Source: Polyangiaceae bacterium (GTDB lineage Bacteria; Myxococcota_A; Polyangia; Polyangiales; Polyangiaceae). From it: 47,005 nt of DNA. Below the pieces are notes generated by a model, which worked only from the letters and a program-made list of their open reading frames with translations, was not told the DNA's origin and searched no databases. Every line of letters starts with the position of its first letter. Position 1 is the first letter of the stretch. Positions 18,289 to 27,746 of this stretch are shown here, in pieces. The position numbers and the translations under genes were made by a program. The stretch spans positions 1-47,005 of the forward strand of contig JBGANF010000054.1 in assembly GCA_044222475.1 (NCBI GenBank), read 5' to 3'.

Positions 18289-20253
18289 CTACGTGGTGAC
18301 CGAGCCGAGCAACGCATCGAGGACTTCGCTGAGCTCGCTCGTTTCGAACGGCTTGGCGAGACGCCGGCGGATGCCGACCGACTCGAGCTGCTCGTCGGCC
18401 TGAGGCGCGAACCCGGAGACGAGCACGATCGGCAGATCGGGGAGGAGCTCGTGCACCGCCCGTGCGAGATCGATCCCCGAGAGCTGCGGCATGTTCAGAT
18501 CGGTGATCAAGATGTCCAGCCCGCCGGGGTCCGATCGGATCCGCTCGAGCGCCTCGCGCGGGTCGGAGCAAGCGCTCGGCCGATAGCCGAGGTCCTCGAG
18601 GATGCTCGTGATCGGACTCAGGATCATCGTCTCGTCGTCGACGTAGAGGATCCGAGCGCCGTCCCCACGCACCACCGGCTGTGCGCGCGGCGGTTCGGTG
18701 GTCGGTGCGTTCACCGCCGCGAGGTACACGTCGAACGTGGTGCCTCGGCCGGGAGCGCTCTCGACGAGGATCACGCCGCCGTGCTCTTCGACGATTCCGT
18801 GCACGACGCTGAGGCCCAGACCGGAGCCGTCACCCGGCCCCTTCGTGGTGAAGAAGGGCTCGTAGATGCGCTCCAGCGTCTCGGGAGACATGCCGACGCC
18901 GTCGTCGCGGACGCGGAATCGAGCCCACTCGCCGGCCGCCAGTGAGGGGTGACCGGGCTGGGTCACGACACGGCTCGCCTCGAAACGGATGGTCCCGGTG
19001 CGGCCCTCGAAGGACTGCCACGCGTTGGTCCCGAGGTTCACGAGCACCTGTTGGAGCTGCGTCGGATCGGCGTCCACCCGAGGCGCGTCGGGCGCGACGT
19101 TGGTCTCGAGCACGACCCCGGCTGGGAGCGTCGCTCGGAGAAGATCGGTGGCTTCGACCACCGCGTCGTTCATCGTGAGGATCGACCGGCTCACCGGCTG
19201 CTTTCGACTGAACGCGAGGATCTGCTGCACGAGCTTCTCGGCCCGACTCACGATGGTATCCATCGCGCGGAGCGACTGCGCTGCTCGGTGATCCGCCGGT
19301 AGATCGCGACGAGCGACGGCGACGCTCAACCCGATCCCGGTGAGCAGGTTGTTGAAGTCGTGAGCGATGCCCCCGGCGAGTGTACCGATCGCCTCCATCT
19401 TCTGTGCTTGGCGTAGCTGCGCTTCGAGATCGCGGCGCTTCCGCTCGGCGTCGACGCGCTCGGTGATGTCGCGCGCGATCGCGATCACCCGCGGCCGCCC
19501 GGACTGTACGGTCTTGCGAGCCATCGACGTCTCGAACCAGCGGGGGACGCCACCGACGGGGAGTTGGTACTGCGCCCCGCTCGAGCGACCGTTGGCAACG
19601 GCTTCCTTGATCGCGCCGAGGATCACGGACGCTGCATCGGGTGGGAGAACCTCGGCGATGGTTCGTCCCATGAACGCCGCTGGTGGAACCGCGAGCAGCG
19701 AGTCGTGACGTGCGCGGTAGTCGTAGAGCCGGCCTTCGTCGTCGACGTCGAACAGCAGATCGGGGAGCGCGGCCAGCGTCGACTCGAGCTCGGCGCGAGC
19801 GATGGCGGCTTTCTCCTCGGCGGCTTTGCGGTGCGTCACGTCGACGACGACCGCGATGTGTTGCGTGGGCTCTTCGCCGACTCCCCACATCGGTGACACG
19901 TTGAGCTCCACCCAGAGCAGCGTCCCGTCCTTTCGGACGAGGCGCTTCTCCATCGAGAACTCCCGAATCTCTCCCCGCTTCAGGCGCTCCATCAACGCGA
20001 GGTCCGGCGCGAGGTCTTCCGGGCAGGTGATCGTCATGAAGTCGAGCCCGAGCATCTCGCGCTCGGAGTAGCCGATCATCTCGACGTACTTGTGGTTCAC
20101 GCGGACGAATCGACCCGTCGCCGTCTCGAGCAGCCCGACCCCGACGGCGGCCTGCTCGAACAGGACCCGGAATCGGGATTCGCTCTCGCGCAGGCTGCGC
20201 GCCACCTCGCGAAGCTCGGTCGGGTCGTCCTCGGGCGGGCGCCGCTCGTCCAT
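18289..20253 (-). CDS. PAS-PAS hybrid sensor histidine kinase with receiver domain
   Basis: Two PAS domains; QAQKMEAIGTLAGGIAHDFNNLL (H-box), NLGTNA, DDGVGM, PFFTTK, GSGLGLS; receiver ILYVDDE...LITDLNMP...KP. Confidence 0.93.
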   Translation of the reverse strand: MDERRPPEDDPTELREVARSLRESESRFRVLFEQAAVGVGLLETATGRFVRVNHKYVEMIGYSEREMLGLDFMTITCPEDLAPDLALMERLKRGEIREFSMEKRLVRKDGTLLWVELNVSPMWGVGEEPTQHIAVVVDVTHRKAAEEKAAIARAELESTLAALPDLLFDVDDEGRLYDYRARHDSLLAVPPAAFMGRTIAEVLPPDAASVILGAIKEAVANGRSSGAQYQLPVGGVPRWFETSMARKTVQSGRPRVIAIARDITERVDAERKRRDLEAQLRQAQKMEAIGTLAGGIAHDFNNLLTGIGLSVAVARRDLPADHRAAQSLRAMDTIVSRAEKLVQQILAFSRKQPVSRSILTMNDAVVEATDLLRATLPAGVVLETNVAPDAPRVDADPTQLQQVLVNLGTNAWQSFEGRTGTIRFEASRVVTQPGHPSLAAGEWARFRVRDDGVGMSPETLERIYEPFFTTKGPGDGSGLGLSVVHGIVEEHGGVILVESAPGRGTTFDVYLAAVNAPTTEPPRAQPVVRGDGARILYVDDETMILSPITSILEDLGYRPSACSDPREALERIRSDPGGLDILITDLNMPQLSGIDLARAVHELLPDLPIVLVSGFAPQADEQLESVGIRRRLAKPFETSELSEVLDALLGSVTT

Positions 20254-20280
20254 TCCGGGCGTCAATCTAGCAGGCCGACG

Positions 20281-21939
20281 TCAGGTGTGCGCGCGGTCGC
20301 GAGCGGTCTCTTCCTTTTCGACGCGGAGTGCGGCGGCGCGGCCGCCCATCATGGCGCCGACGATCCCGTGCCCGGCGCGCGTGGATGCCCCAGTGAGGTA
20401 GAGCCCAGGGAGCGGACCGCGGTATCCGGGCCTCCCCTTCATGAACTGGGCGGGTGTCGCAGCGATGCCGTAGCCGGTGCCGTCGGTCGCGCCGGTGAAG
20501 CGACGGTGCGTCATCGGTGAGGCGCTTTCGCGCAGCACGACGCGCGATTTCGCCCCAGGGAAGACGCGATCCAGCCGATCGATGAGCTCGTCCTCGAGCT
20601 CTCGTTTGCGCGCGAGGTACGCGTCACCGTGCTTGTAGTCCCACGACTGCGCATCACCGGAGGCTCCCCAGCGCTCGGGCGACGAAGGCACGACCGCCAT
20701 GATCTCGAGGCCGGTGTGCCCCGCGGGCGCGTGGTGCAACGCGTTCGTCGGATCCTTCATGGATGCGCTCGTGATGTAGCAGCCGCCGATCCCGATCGGA
20801 CCCGTGCCCGTGTCGGCGCGGTAGAAGCGCTCGACGTCGTAGTGATCGAACTGCCAGATGTTCGAGCTCGTCATGCCGACGTCCTTGCCGTCCCCCTTCA
20901 GTCCGACGACCGTCATGAAGAGCGCGGCCGCCATCTCGTAGCGCTCTGCGCGAGCCAGCGCCTCGCGCGGGAGGTGCTCGGGACCGACGAGCTCGGCGTA
21001 GGTGCGCTTGAGGTCGGCGTTCGAGATCACGACGTCCGCACGAACGATGCGCGAGGGCTCGCCGGCTTTGGCCGCGACCTCCACCCCGACGGCGCGACCG
21101 CCCTCGACGACGATGCGCTCGACCGGCGACCGCAGGTGAACCGTGCCGCCCAGCGCCTCGATGCGCGCTGCGATGCGATCGGCGATCACTTGGCCACCGC
21201 CCTTCGGGTAGTACGCGCCGCGGAAGTAGTGACCCGCGAGCCCGAGGTGGAGCAACGCGCTCACCTTGGACGGCGGGAGCCCGTAGTCCCCGCTCTGACC
21301 GAGCAGGATCGCGCAGAGCTTCGGATCATGCACGAGGGCGCCGAGGACCTCGCTCATGGTCGCTTCGCGCCACCGCGCGAGGCGCACGCCGTCGAGCGCG
21401 ATGCGCGCGAGCTCCCACGGCGTCGGGCGACGGCCGTCGGTCTTCTCGAGCACGCGCCCCACGTTCATGACCGCGCGCACGAGCTTCACGTAGCGATCGA
21501 TCCCGCGCTTCTCGGCAGGGAAGAGCTCCACCAGTCGGTCGCGATAGAGCTCGAGGCCTTTGGGGATGCGAAAGCGGAGATCGGGGAACACCAGCGTGTC
21601 GAACCCATCGCGATCCATCTCGGCGAAGTCGACGTGGACCCCCAGCTCGCGGAGGATCCGCGGGATCGTCCCGTCCTCCCCGCAGTCGCCGACGTAGTGC
21701 AGCCCGACGTCGAAGTTCCACCGGGCGCTCTTGGGGCCGCGCGAGAACTGCGTCGCGCAGCCGCCCGCGGTGTAGTGCCCTTCGAACACGGCAACCGAGT
21801 GACCGCTCTGGGCCAGACGCGCCGCAGCGACCAGGCCTCCGAGCCCGCTCCCGATCACCGCGACGTCGACCCGATCGGGCGTCCGGACGTGGGCGCGGCG
21901 GCGGTTCTGCGGGCCAATCGGTGAGGCGGTGGTGACCAT
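20281..21939 (-). CDS. phytoene desaturase/retinol saturase-like FAD-dependent oxidoreductase
   Basis: VIGSGLGGL, GGCAT, FDVGLHYVG, YYPKGGGQ, SPMT..RFTG..DGTGYG, PGLYLTG..GHGIVGAMMGG. Confidence 0.88.
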   Translation of the reverse strand: MVTTASPIGPQNRRRAHVRTPDRVDVAVIGSGLGGLVAAARLAQSGHSVAVFEGHYTAGGCATQFSRGPKSARWNFDVGLHYVGDCGEDGTIPRILRELGVHVDFAEMDRDGFDTLVFPDLRFRIPKGLELYRDRLVELFPAEKRGIDRYVKLVRAVMNVGRVLEKTDGRRPTPWELARIALDGVRLARWREATMSEVLGALVHDPKLCAILLGQSGDYGLPPSKVSALLHLGLAGHYFRGAYYPKGGGQVIADRIAARIEALGGTVHLRSPVERIVVEGGRAVGVEVAAKAGEPSRIVRADVVISNADLKRTYAELVGPEHLPREALARAERYEMAAALFMTVVGLKGDGKDVGMTSSNIWQFDHYDVERFYRADTGTGPIGIGGCYITSASMKDPTNALHHAPAGHTGLEIMAVVPSSPERWGASGDAQSWDYKHGDAYLARKRELEDELIDRLDRVFPGAKSRVVLRESASPMTHRRFTGATDGTGYGIAATPAQFMKGRPGYRGPLPGLYLTGASTRAGHGIVGAMMGGRAAALRVEKEETARDRAHT

Positions 21940-21978
21940 GTCCACCTTGTGCCGCGTCTCCCGCGCGCGCGCAAGCGA

Positions 21979-21999
21979 AATGTGGCGCTTGTCCACATT
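21979..21999. promoter_or_regulatory. candidate TetR operator
   Basis: Perfect-arm inverted repeat AATGTGG-N7-CCACATT between the divergent oxidoreductase and TetR genes; a related half-site TGTCCACCTTG lies at 21939-21949. Confidence 0.6.
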
Positions 22000-22030
22000 G
22001 CGGCGGTGGGGTACCGTGCACCGGTCCGAC

Positions 22031-22651
22031 ATGGTCGCGCCCTATCACCACGGGAACCTGCGGCGCGCGCTGCTCGACGCGGCGCTGGCGCTCTTCGCGG
22101 AGCGTGGCAGCTTCGACTTCACGTTTCGCGAGCTCGCGCGGGCCGCCGGCGTCACCCACAACGCTCCGTATCGTCACTTCGCCGGCCGCGCCGAGCTCCT
22201 CGCCGCGCTGCGGGCCGAGGGTCTGGAGCGGCTCGCCGAAGCCTCCCGCCGGGCGCTCGCCCGCGCCGGTGACGATCCGCGAGCGCGCGTCTCGGCGCTC
22301 GGGGAGTCGTACGTCCGCTTCGCGCTCGACCAGCCGGTGGTCTTTCGACTCGTGCTCGCCCACCCGCTCGAGGACGCGGACGAGGCGCGCGCCCGAGGGG
22401 GAGAGAGCTTTGGCCTGCTGGAGGCGACGCTGACCGAGGCGCAGGCCGCGGGAGTCGTCCGCGACGATCTTCGTCCTCGCGAGCTCGCGCTGGGCGCCTG
22501 GGCCCTCGTCCACGGCGCGGCCTCGCTCCTGGCGAGCGGGCATCTTCCCTCGGGGCCGGCGCGCATCAAGGCGCTGACCCTGCTGCTTTCGACGCTCTTC
22601 TTCGAAGGCGCGGCGTCTACGCGCGCGAAGCGGGTTACGCGGCGACGCTGA
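22031..22651 (+). CDS. TetR/AcrR family regulator (WHG-type C-terminal domain)
   Basis: YHHGNLR..LLDAA, FRELARAAGVTHNAPYRHF, AWALVHG. Confidence 0.92.
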   Translation: MVAPYHHGNLRRALLDAALALFAERGSFDFTFRELARAAGVTHNAPYRHFAGRAELLAALRAEGLERLAEASRRALARAGDDPRARVSALGESYVRFALDQPVVFRLVLAHPLEDADEARARGGESFGLLEATLTEAQAAGVVRDDLRPRELALGAWALVHGAASLLASGHLPSGPARIKALTLLLSTLFFEGAASTRAKRVTRRR

Positions 22652-22677
22652 TTCCGCGGCGCGGTATGGTGACCGCG

Positions 22678-24897
22678 ATGCTCGCGGCATGGGGTCGCTT
22701 CGTGTTCCGCCGGCGTGGGCCGCTCCTCGGGCTCTGCGTCGTCTTCCTCGCCTTCGTGGCGTGGGCGCTCGCGCGTGGTGGCCACCTGACGACCGGCACG
22801 ATCCAAGGGATCGAAGCGGAGGACGCGCAACAGCTCGTCGAGCGCGCACGCGGCGAGCACGGCGGACCGAGCTTCGTCGCCATGTACTCGTCGAAGACGA
22901 CCACGGTCGACGATCCGTCGTTCTACGAGGAGATGGGCAACTCGCTCGAGCCGCTCGCGAGCGATCCCCACGTCGTCGCCGTGCTGTCCCCGGTCGAGGC
23001 GCCGGGGCCCATCGGCGCGAAGCTCGTCTCGCGAGACAAGACGCGCGCCATCGCGATCGTCGTCTTGAAGGGCGACCTCTCCGACGCGTCGCACGACTAC
23101 CCCGCCGTACGCGAGAAGATGAAGACGAAGTCGCTGGAGCTCGCGTGCACCGGCGTCCTCTCCTATCGCCACGATCTCGACTCGACGCTGAAGACCGACC
23201 TGCTCCTCGCCGAGCTCGTGAGCTTGCCGCTCGCCCTCTTCGTCCTGCTCTACGTCTTTCGGAGCGCGGTCGCGGCGACGCTCCCGGTCGCGGTCGGCGC
23301 GCTCTCCGTCCTCGGCGGCGTCGCCTGCATCATGCTCCTTTCGCACCACACCGACATGCCCCAGTACACGCTCAACATGGCGTCGCTGATCGGGCTCGGC
23401 GTCGCGATCGACTACTCGTTGTTCTACGTCAGCCGCTTTCGCGAGGAGCTCCATCGCGGGATCACGGTGGAAGAGGCCACCGTCGCGACGATGGACACCG
23501 CCGGACACTCGATCGCCTTCAGCGGCATCGCGGTCGGCGTCGGCCTCGCCGGGTTGATGTTCTTCCCGCGGTCGTATCTCTCGTCGATGGGCATCGCCGG
23601 GGCGCTCGTCGTCGCGTTCGCGCTGGTGTTCGCCCTGACGTTCCTGCCCGCGCTGATCGCCGTCCTCGGTCACCGCATCGACGCGCTCTCCATCCGCAAG
23701 CGCGCCGCGCGAAGCGACGGCGAAGACCGCGATTTCTGGCGGCGACTCGCGCCGCGGGTGATGAAACGGCCGCTCCTGGTGCTCATCCCGACTCTGGTCT
23801 TCCTGGTCGCGCTCGGGCTCCCGTTTCTTCGGCTGCGGATGGCGGCGCTGCACGTGTCGGTGCTCCCGATGAAGACCGAGTCGCGCGCCACCTACGAGGT
23901 GCTCCGAAGCGAGTTCGAGTCCCAGGGCAAGAACCGCATCGACGTGGTCGTCGTCTTCCCCGACGATCGATGGACCGAAGACCGCGCGCGTGCCCTGTTC
24001 ACGCTCCGCGATCGGCTGCGTGCGCTGCCCGGCGTCGACGACGTCGAGAGCGTCCTCGACTTCGATCCCACGCTGGACCGGGAGCAGGCGATCAAGATGC
24101 TCGCCTTGCCCGAAGACCAGCGACCGATCGACGTCGCCACCGCGATGCAATACACGAGCGGCAAAGGCGTCACCGTGCTGTCGGTGATCTCGCCGCTCGG
24201 CGCGCGGTCCGATCCCGCGCGCGATCTCGTGAAGGAGATCCGAAAGGAGCGCGCGGTGGGTGACTCGCGGCTGATGGTCGCCGGCCCATCGGCGAACGAC
24301 CTCGACTCGATGGTCTTCATCCTCGGGCACACGCCGCAGGCCATCGCGTTCGTGATGGTGCTCACGTACGTGATCCTGTTCTTCCTCCTGCGCTCGGTGA
24401 TCTTGCCGTTGAAAGCGGTGCTGATGAACCTGCTCTCGATCTCCGGCTGCTTCGGAGCGCTCGTCTGGATCTTCCAAGACGGACACCTGTCGAGCATCCT
24501 GCGCTTCGAGCCCGGGCCGGTCGAACCCACGCTGCCGGTGCTCCTCTTCTGCGTCGTGTTCGGTTTGTCGATGGACTACGAGGTCCTGATGATGTCGCGC
24601 ATGAAGGAGGAGTTCGAGAAGCACGGCGACAACGCCCGCGCCGTCACCGAAGGCCTCGCGCAGAGCGGCCGGCTCATCACCAGCGCCGCGGCGATCATGG
24701 TCGCCGTGTTCGCTGCGTTCGCGCTCGCCAGCGTCGTGGTCGTCAAGGCGATGGGCGTGGGGATGGCCATGGCGGTCGCCCTCGACGCCACGCTCGTCCG
24801 GCTCCTCATCGTCCCGGCGACGATGCACTTCTTCGGGCGGTGGAACTGGTGGCCCGGATCGAAGAAGAAAGCGGCCGAGGCCGCCGCGGCGCCGTAA
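22678..24897 (+). CDS. MMPL family (RND) transporter
   Basis: IGLGVAIDYSLF..RFREE, FGLSMDYEV...R.KE and LDATLVR...VPA motifs; ATG 22678 is 7 nt downstream of TATGGT (alternative start 22666). Confidence 0.92.
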   Translation: MLAAWGRFVFRRRGPLLGLCVVFLAFVAWALARGGHLTTGTIQGIEAEDAQQLVERARGEHGGPSFVAMYSSKTTTVDDPSFYEEMGNSLEPLASDPHVVAVLSPVEAPGPIGAKLVSRDKTRAIAIVVLKGDLSDASHDYPAVREKMKTKSLELACTGVLSYRHDLDSTLKTDLLLAELVSLPLALFVLLYVFRSAVAATLPVAVGALSVLGGVACIMLLSHHTDMPQYTLNMASLIGLGVAIDYSLFYVSRFREELHRGITVEEATVATMDTAGHSIAFSGIAVGVGLAGLMFFPRSYLSSMGIAGALVVAFALVFALTFLPALIAVLGHRIDALSIRKRAARSDGEDRDFWRRLAPRVMKRPLLVLIPTLVFLVALGLPFLRLRMAALHVSVLPMKTESRATYEVLRSEFESQGKNRIDVVVVFPDDRWTEDRARALFTLRDRLRALPGVDDVESVLDFDPTLDREQAIKMLALPEDQRPIDVATAMQYTSGKGVTVLSVISPLGARSDPARDLVKEIRKERAVGDSRLMVAGPSANDLDSMVFILGHTPQAIAFVMVLTYVILFFLLRSVILPLKAVLMNLLSISGCFGALVWIFQDGHLSSILRFEPGPVEPTLPVLLFCVVFGLSMDYEVLMMSRMKEEFEKHGDNARAVTEGLAQSGRLITSAAAIMVAVFAAFALASVVVVKAMGVGMAMAVALDATLVRLLIVPATMHFFGRWNWWPGSKKKAAEAAAAP

Positions 24898-24960
24898 CCG
24901 TGTTACGGTATGCCCTGGGTCGTGGTGGCGTCCCCACCCCAGGAGTGAGAAACTGTCACC

Positions 24961-26139
24961 ATGCGCCGGCTCTTCGGTCTCGTCAGCGTTCTCGCGGTCG
25001 CCGCGTGCTCGCTGACGACGAACCTCGACGCCCTTCAGGGTGACGGCGGGGCGGCGTCCGACGCGTTCGTTCCGCCGGACGGACCGACGTCGGCAGCGGG
25101 CTTCAAGATCAGCGTGGCGCCGGGCACGGTCAGGGTCGGCCCCAACGTCGGCGACATCCTGACCGTGGACGTGACCCGCATCGACGGGTTCGCCGGCGCG
25201 ATCACCGTCACCGTCAACGGTTTGCCGGCGAACGTGAGCGCATCGCCGCTTCAGATCACCGGCGTCGGGGGATCGATCAACATGGGCTCGAACGGGGCCC
25301 AAGCCGGCGAGTACGACGTGACCGTCGTAGGTACCTCGGGCGCCCAGGTGTCGACCGCTCCGCTCCACGTCCACGTCGGTGGCCGCTTTCAGGTGCTCAC
25401 CGCCAACGGGACGGTCAAGATCCCGCCCGGCAACCCGAAGATCCTGGTCAAGCTCTGGGGCGGAGGAGGCGGCGGCGGCAAGGGGACCAGCGCCGGCACC
25501 GGCGGCGGGGGCGGCTACGCAGAGGACACGCTCGACGTGACCGCGGGCGAGATCCTCGACGTGGACGTCGGCACCGGAGGCAAGCCGTCGAACAACGGCG
25601 GCGCGGGTGGCGGCGGCTACTCGGCGGTGCGCCGCGGTGTTACCATTTTGGTACAAGCAGGCGGCGGGGGCGGCGGGTCCGGCGGTTGCGGGTCCACGCT
25701 CTTCGGTGGCGCTGGGGGCGCGGGCGGCGGTGCCGCCGGACAGAACGGCTCTCCCGGTGGCATGACGGGCAGCACCGCCGCCGGAGGAACGCAGACGGGC
25801 GGCCAGGCGCTGAACCAGGGAGGCAACGCCGGAAACGACGGTCCGGCCGGTCTCCCCGGCGGCGGCATGGGCGAGGGCAATCCCTGCGGCGGCGGCGGCG
25901 GCGGCGGCGGAAAGTGGGGCGGCCAGGAAGGCACCAACGGCATCAACTTCGGGAACAACACGAAGGGTGGTGGCGGTGGTGGCGGCGGGAGCGCGCTGTT
26001 CGGCGCCCAGGGCAAGGCGATCACCGGCGCCGGCGCGATGGCCGGAAACGCTGTCGACCCCGAGTGCCAGAACGCCGGCGCCGGCGGCACGCTCGGCCTC
26101 GCCGGCTCCGACGGCAAGGTCGTCGTCTACTTGCCCTGA
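24961..26139 (+). CDS. lipoprotein with Ig-like domain and glycine-rich C-terminal domain
   Basis: Lipobox VAAC; beta-sandwich segment; 'F.A.GT..IPPG...I.VKLWGGGGGGG...GSDGKVVVY' glycine-rich domain. Confidence 0.75.
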   Translation: MRRLFGLVSVLAVAACSLTTNLDALQGDGGAASDAFVPPDGPTSAAGFKISVAPGTVRVGPNVGDILTVDVTRIDGFAGAITVTVNGLPANVSASPLQITGVGGSINMGSNGAQAGEYDVTVVGTSGAQVSTAPLHVHVGGRFQVLTANGTVKIPPGNPKILVKLWGGGGGGGKGTSAGTGGGGGYAEDTLDVTAGEILDVDVGTGGKPSNNGGAGGGGYSAVRRGVTILVQAGGGGGGSGGCGSTLFGGAGGAGGGAAGQNGSPGGMTGSTAAGGTQTGGQALNQGGNAGNDGPAGLPGGGMGEGNPCGGGGGGGGKWGGQEGTNGINFGNNTKGGGGGGGGSALFGAQGKAITGAGAMAGNAVDPECQNAGAGGTLGLAGSDGKVVVYLP

Positions 26140-26549
26140 CGTTCGCGCAGCTCCTTGCGCCACACGACGCGGAGCCCAGACCACGTCTCGTCGATCGCGC
26201 ACACCTTGTTGTCGACGAGACCCTGCGGAAGGAACACGTCCCGGACGACGTCCTCGGTCATGTCGGTTGCTACCTTGGACGCCTTCTTCGGCCACGCGAT
26301 CCAGAGACCTCCGTGAACGTCCATCCGCGCGACGAGCTTCTTCCATGACGCGCGAAGCGCCGACGCTTCCTTCGTGAAGAAGACGATCACGTCGTACGTC
26401 GCGGCGGAACGCAGAGACGTCGACACCTTGGCGAGCTTCGGCGCGTCGAGGGTCGTCGCGAACCCGCGCGGCGCGGACACGAGGGCGACCCGAGCTCCGG
26501 CGTCGATCCCCAGCTTCTTCGCGAGCGGCGTCCCCGAGTAGCCGGCCAT
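26127..26549 (-). CDS. DUF3052 family protein
   Basis: MAGYSGTPLAKKLGI...GGLWIAWPKKAS...GLVDNKVCAIDETWSGLR signature. Confidence 0.85.
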   Translation of the reverse strand: MAGYSGTPLAKKLGIDAGARVALVSAPRGFATTLDAPKLAKVSTSLRSAATYDVIVFFTKEASALRASWKKLVARMDVHGGLWIAWPKKASKVATDMTEDVVRDVFLPQGLVDNKVCAIDETWSGLRVVWRKELRERQGK

Positions 26550-26558
26550 GGACGCAGT

Positions 26559-27686
26559 CTACTTCGGCGCGGCGCGGCGGATCAGCTCGATGAGCTCGCC
26601 TTGAGCGAGCTGGAAGTCGACGAGGTGAAGACCGAGCGCGGCGACGAGACCGGTCTTCGGAAAGTCGCGCTCGAGGTCGAGCGGCGGGGTGCGCGCATCC
26701 CCGGGTGCCGCCGCGGTGTCGACCGCCAGGTAGCGAAACCCGTCCGGGCCGTCGACGCACGAAGCTCGGTAGAAGTCGCGCAACGCGACGAACGGCGTCG
26801 CCACGCCTTCGATGCCCCGGACGTGTCGGGCGACGAGGGGCGTGAGGAAGAAGATCGAGCGCGACAGGGGCTTCGCTCCGTCGCCGAGCAGATCTCCAGG
26901 AGAGACGCACGCCGTCGTGTGCCCGGGAGGCGGAGCGTCGCGCCCGGGAACGACCGGTCGGTCTCGCGCGTAGCTGCGGTAGGCGACGACGCACCCCGTC
27001 TGTCCCATCTTGGTACAGGTAGGGACGTTGGCGAACGTGCCGTCGTCGACGTGGCCGCCGATCGGCATCGCGTAGAGCAGCCGCTGCCGCATCGCGGGAT
27101 CGCCGTCGAAGAACTTGCGGACCAGTCGCACGACCATGTCGGCGCCTTGGGAGTGACCGACGAGCACGATTTCGTGGCCGCGATCCCACCTGGCGAGGTA
27201 CTCGACGAACGCTCGCTCCACGTCGGAGAACGCGAGCGAGAGACCGGCCTCCAGGCGCTCGCGCGGCTGGAGGTAGGTACCGAGCGTCACCTGACGGTAG
27301 AGCGGCGCGAAGACCGCGCACGCCTCGGCGAAGTGACCCACTTGAGCGAGCGCGGTGTTCGCCATCCGCGTCGTGTCGGTGAAGTCGACGTGGTTGCCGG
27401 GCACGAGCTCGAGATCGACGGTCGGGTACACGTAGAAGCAGTCGACCTTGGGGTCGACCGCACGCGCAGAGGGAACGACGTTCCGCGAGCCGTCACGGGC
27501 GATCTCGGTCGTGGTGAGATCGCCGGCGCACGCGTCGGTCCTGCCCGGCAGGCAGAGCCACCGCACCGGCGGGGAGGCCGATGCGTTCGGCGCCGGCGGG
27601 GGTGCACCCGCCGGCGCGTGGGCGCACGCGCCGAGCACCGCAGCCACGAGCCCGACGGTCGCTGGCGACAGGCGCGCGCGGGTCAT
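26559..27686 (-). CDS. DUF3089 family alpha/beta-hydrolase lipoprotein
   Basis: Lipobox LGAC; WLCLPG..DAC, DCFYVYPT, FAPLYRQ, GHSQG nucleophile elbow, LGLHLVD. Confidence 0.85.
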   Translation of the reverse strand: MTRARLSPATVGLVAAVLGACAHAPAGAPPPAPNASASPPVRWLCLPGRTDACAGDLTTTEIARDGSRNVVPSARAVDPKVDCFYVYPTVDLELVPGNHVDFTDTTRMANTALAQVGHFAEACAVFAPLYRQVTLGTYLQPRERLEAGLSLAFSDVERAFVEYLARWDRGHEIVLVGHSQGADMVVRLVRKFFDGDPAMRQRLLYAMPIGGHVDDGTFANVPTCTKMGQTGCVVAYRSYARDRPVVPGRDAPPPGHTTACVSPGDLLGDGAKPLSRSIFFLTPLVARHVRGIEGVATPFVALRDFYRASCVDGPDGFRYLAVDTAAAPGDARTPPLDLERDFPKTGLVAALGLHLVDFQLAQGELIELIRRAAPK

Positions 27687-27746
27687 GGCTCAGCATACCG
27701 TTCACGCTCGCGACCGGCGACGGCCTCGGGCATCGTACGTGGCGTA

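Noticed and set aside
25888..25911. (GGC)n microsatellite
   Set aside because: Encodes a poly-Gly run inside the glycine-rich lipoprotein.
22174..27321. 1715-aa minus-strand ORF, and other long Arg/Ala-rich ORFs such as 5792..9229, 11011..14019, 29804..32278 and 32588..35161
   Set aside because: Antisense or off-frame shadows of well-supported genes; stop codons are rare in very GC-rich DNA and the translations carry no family motifs.
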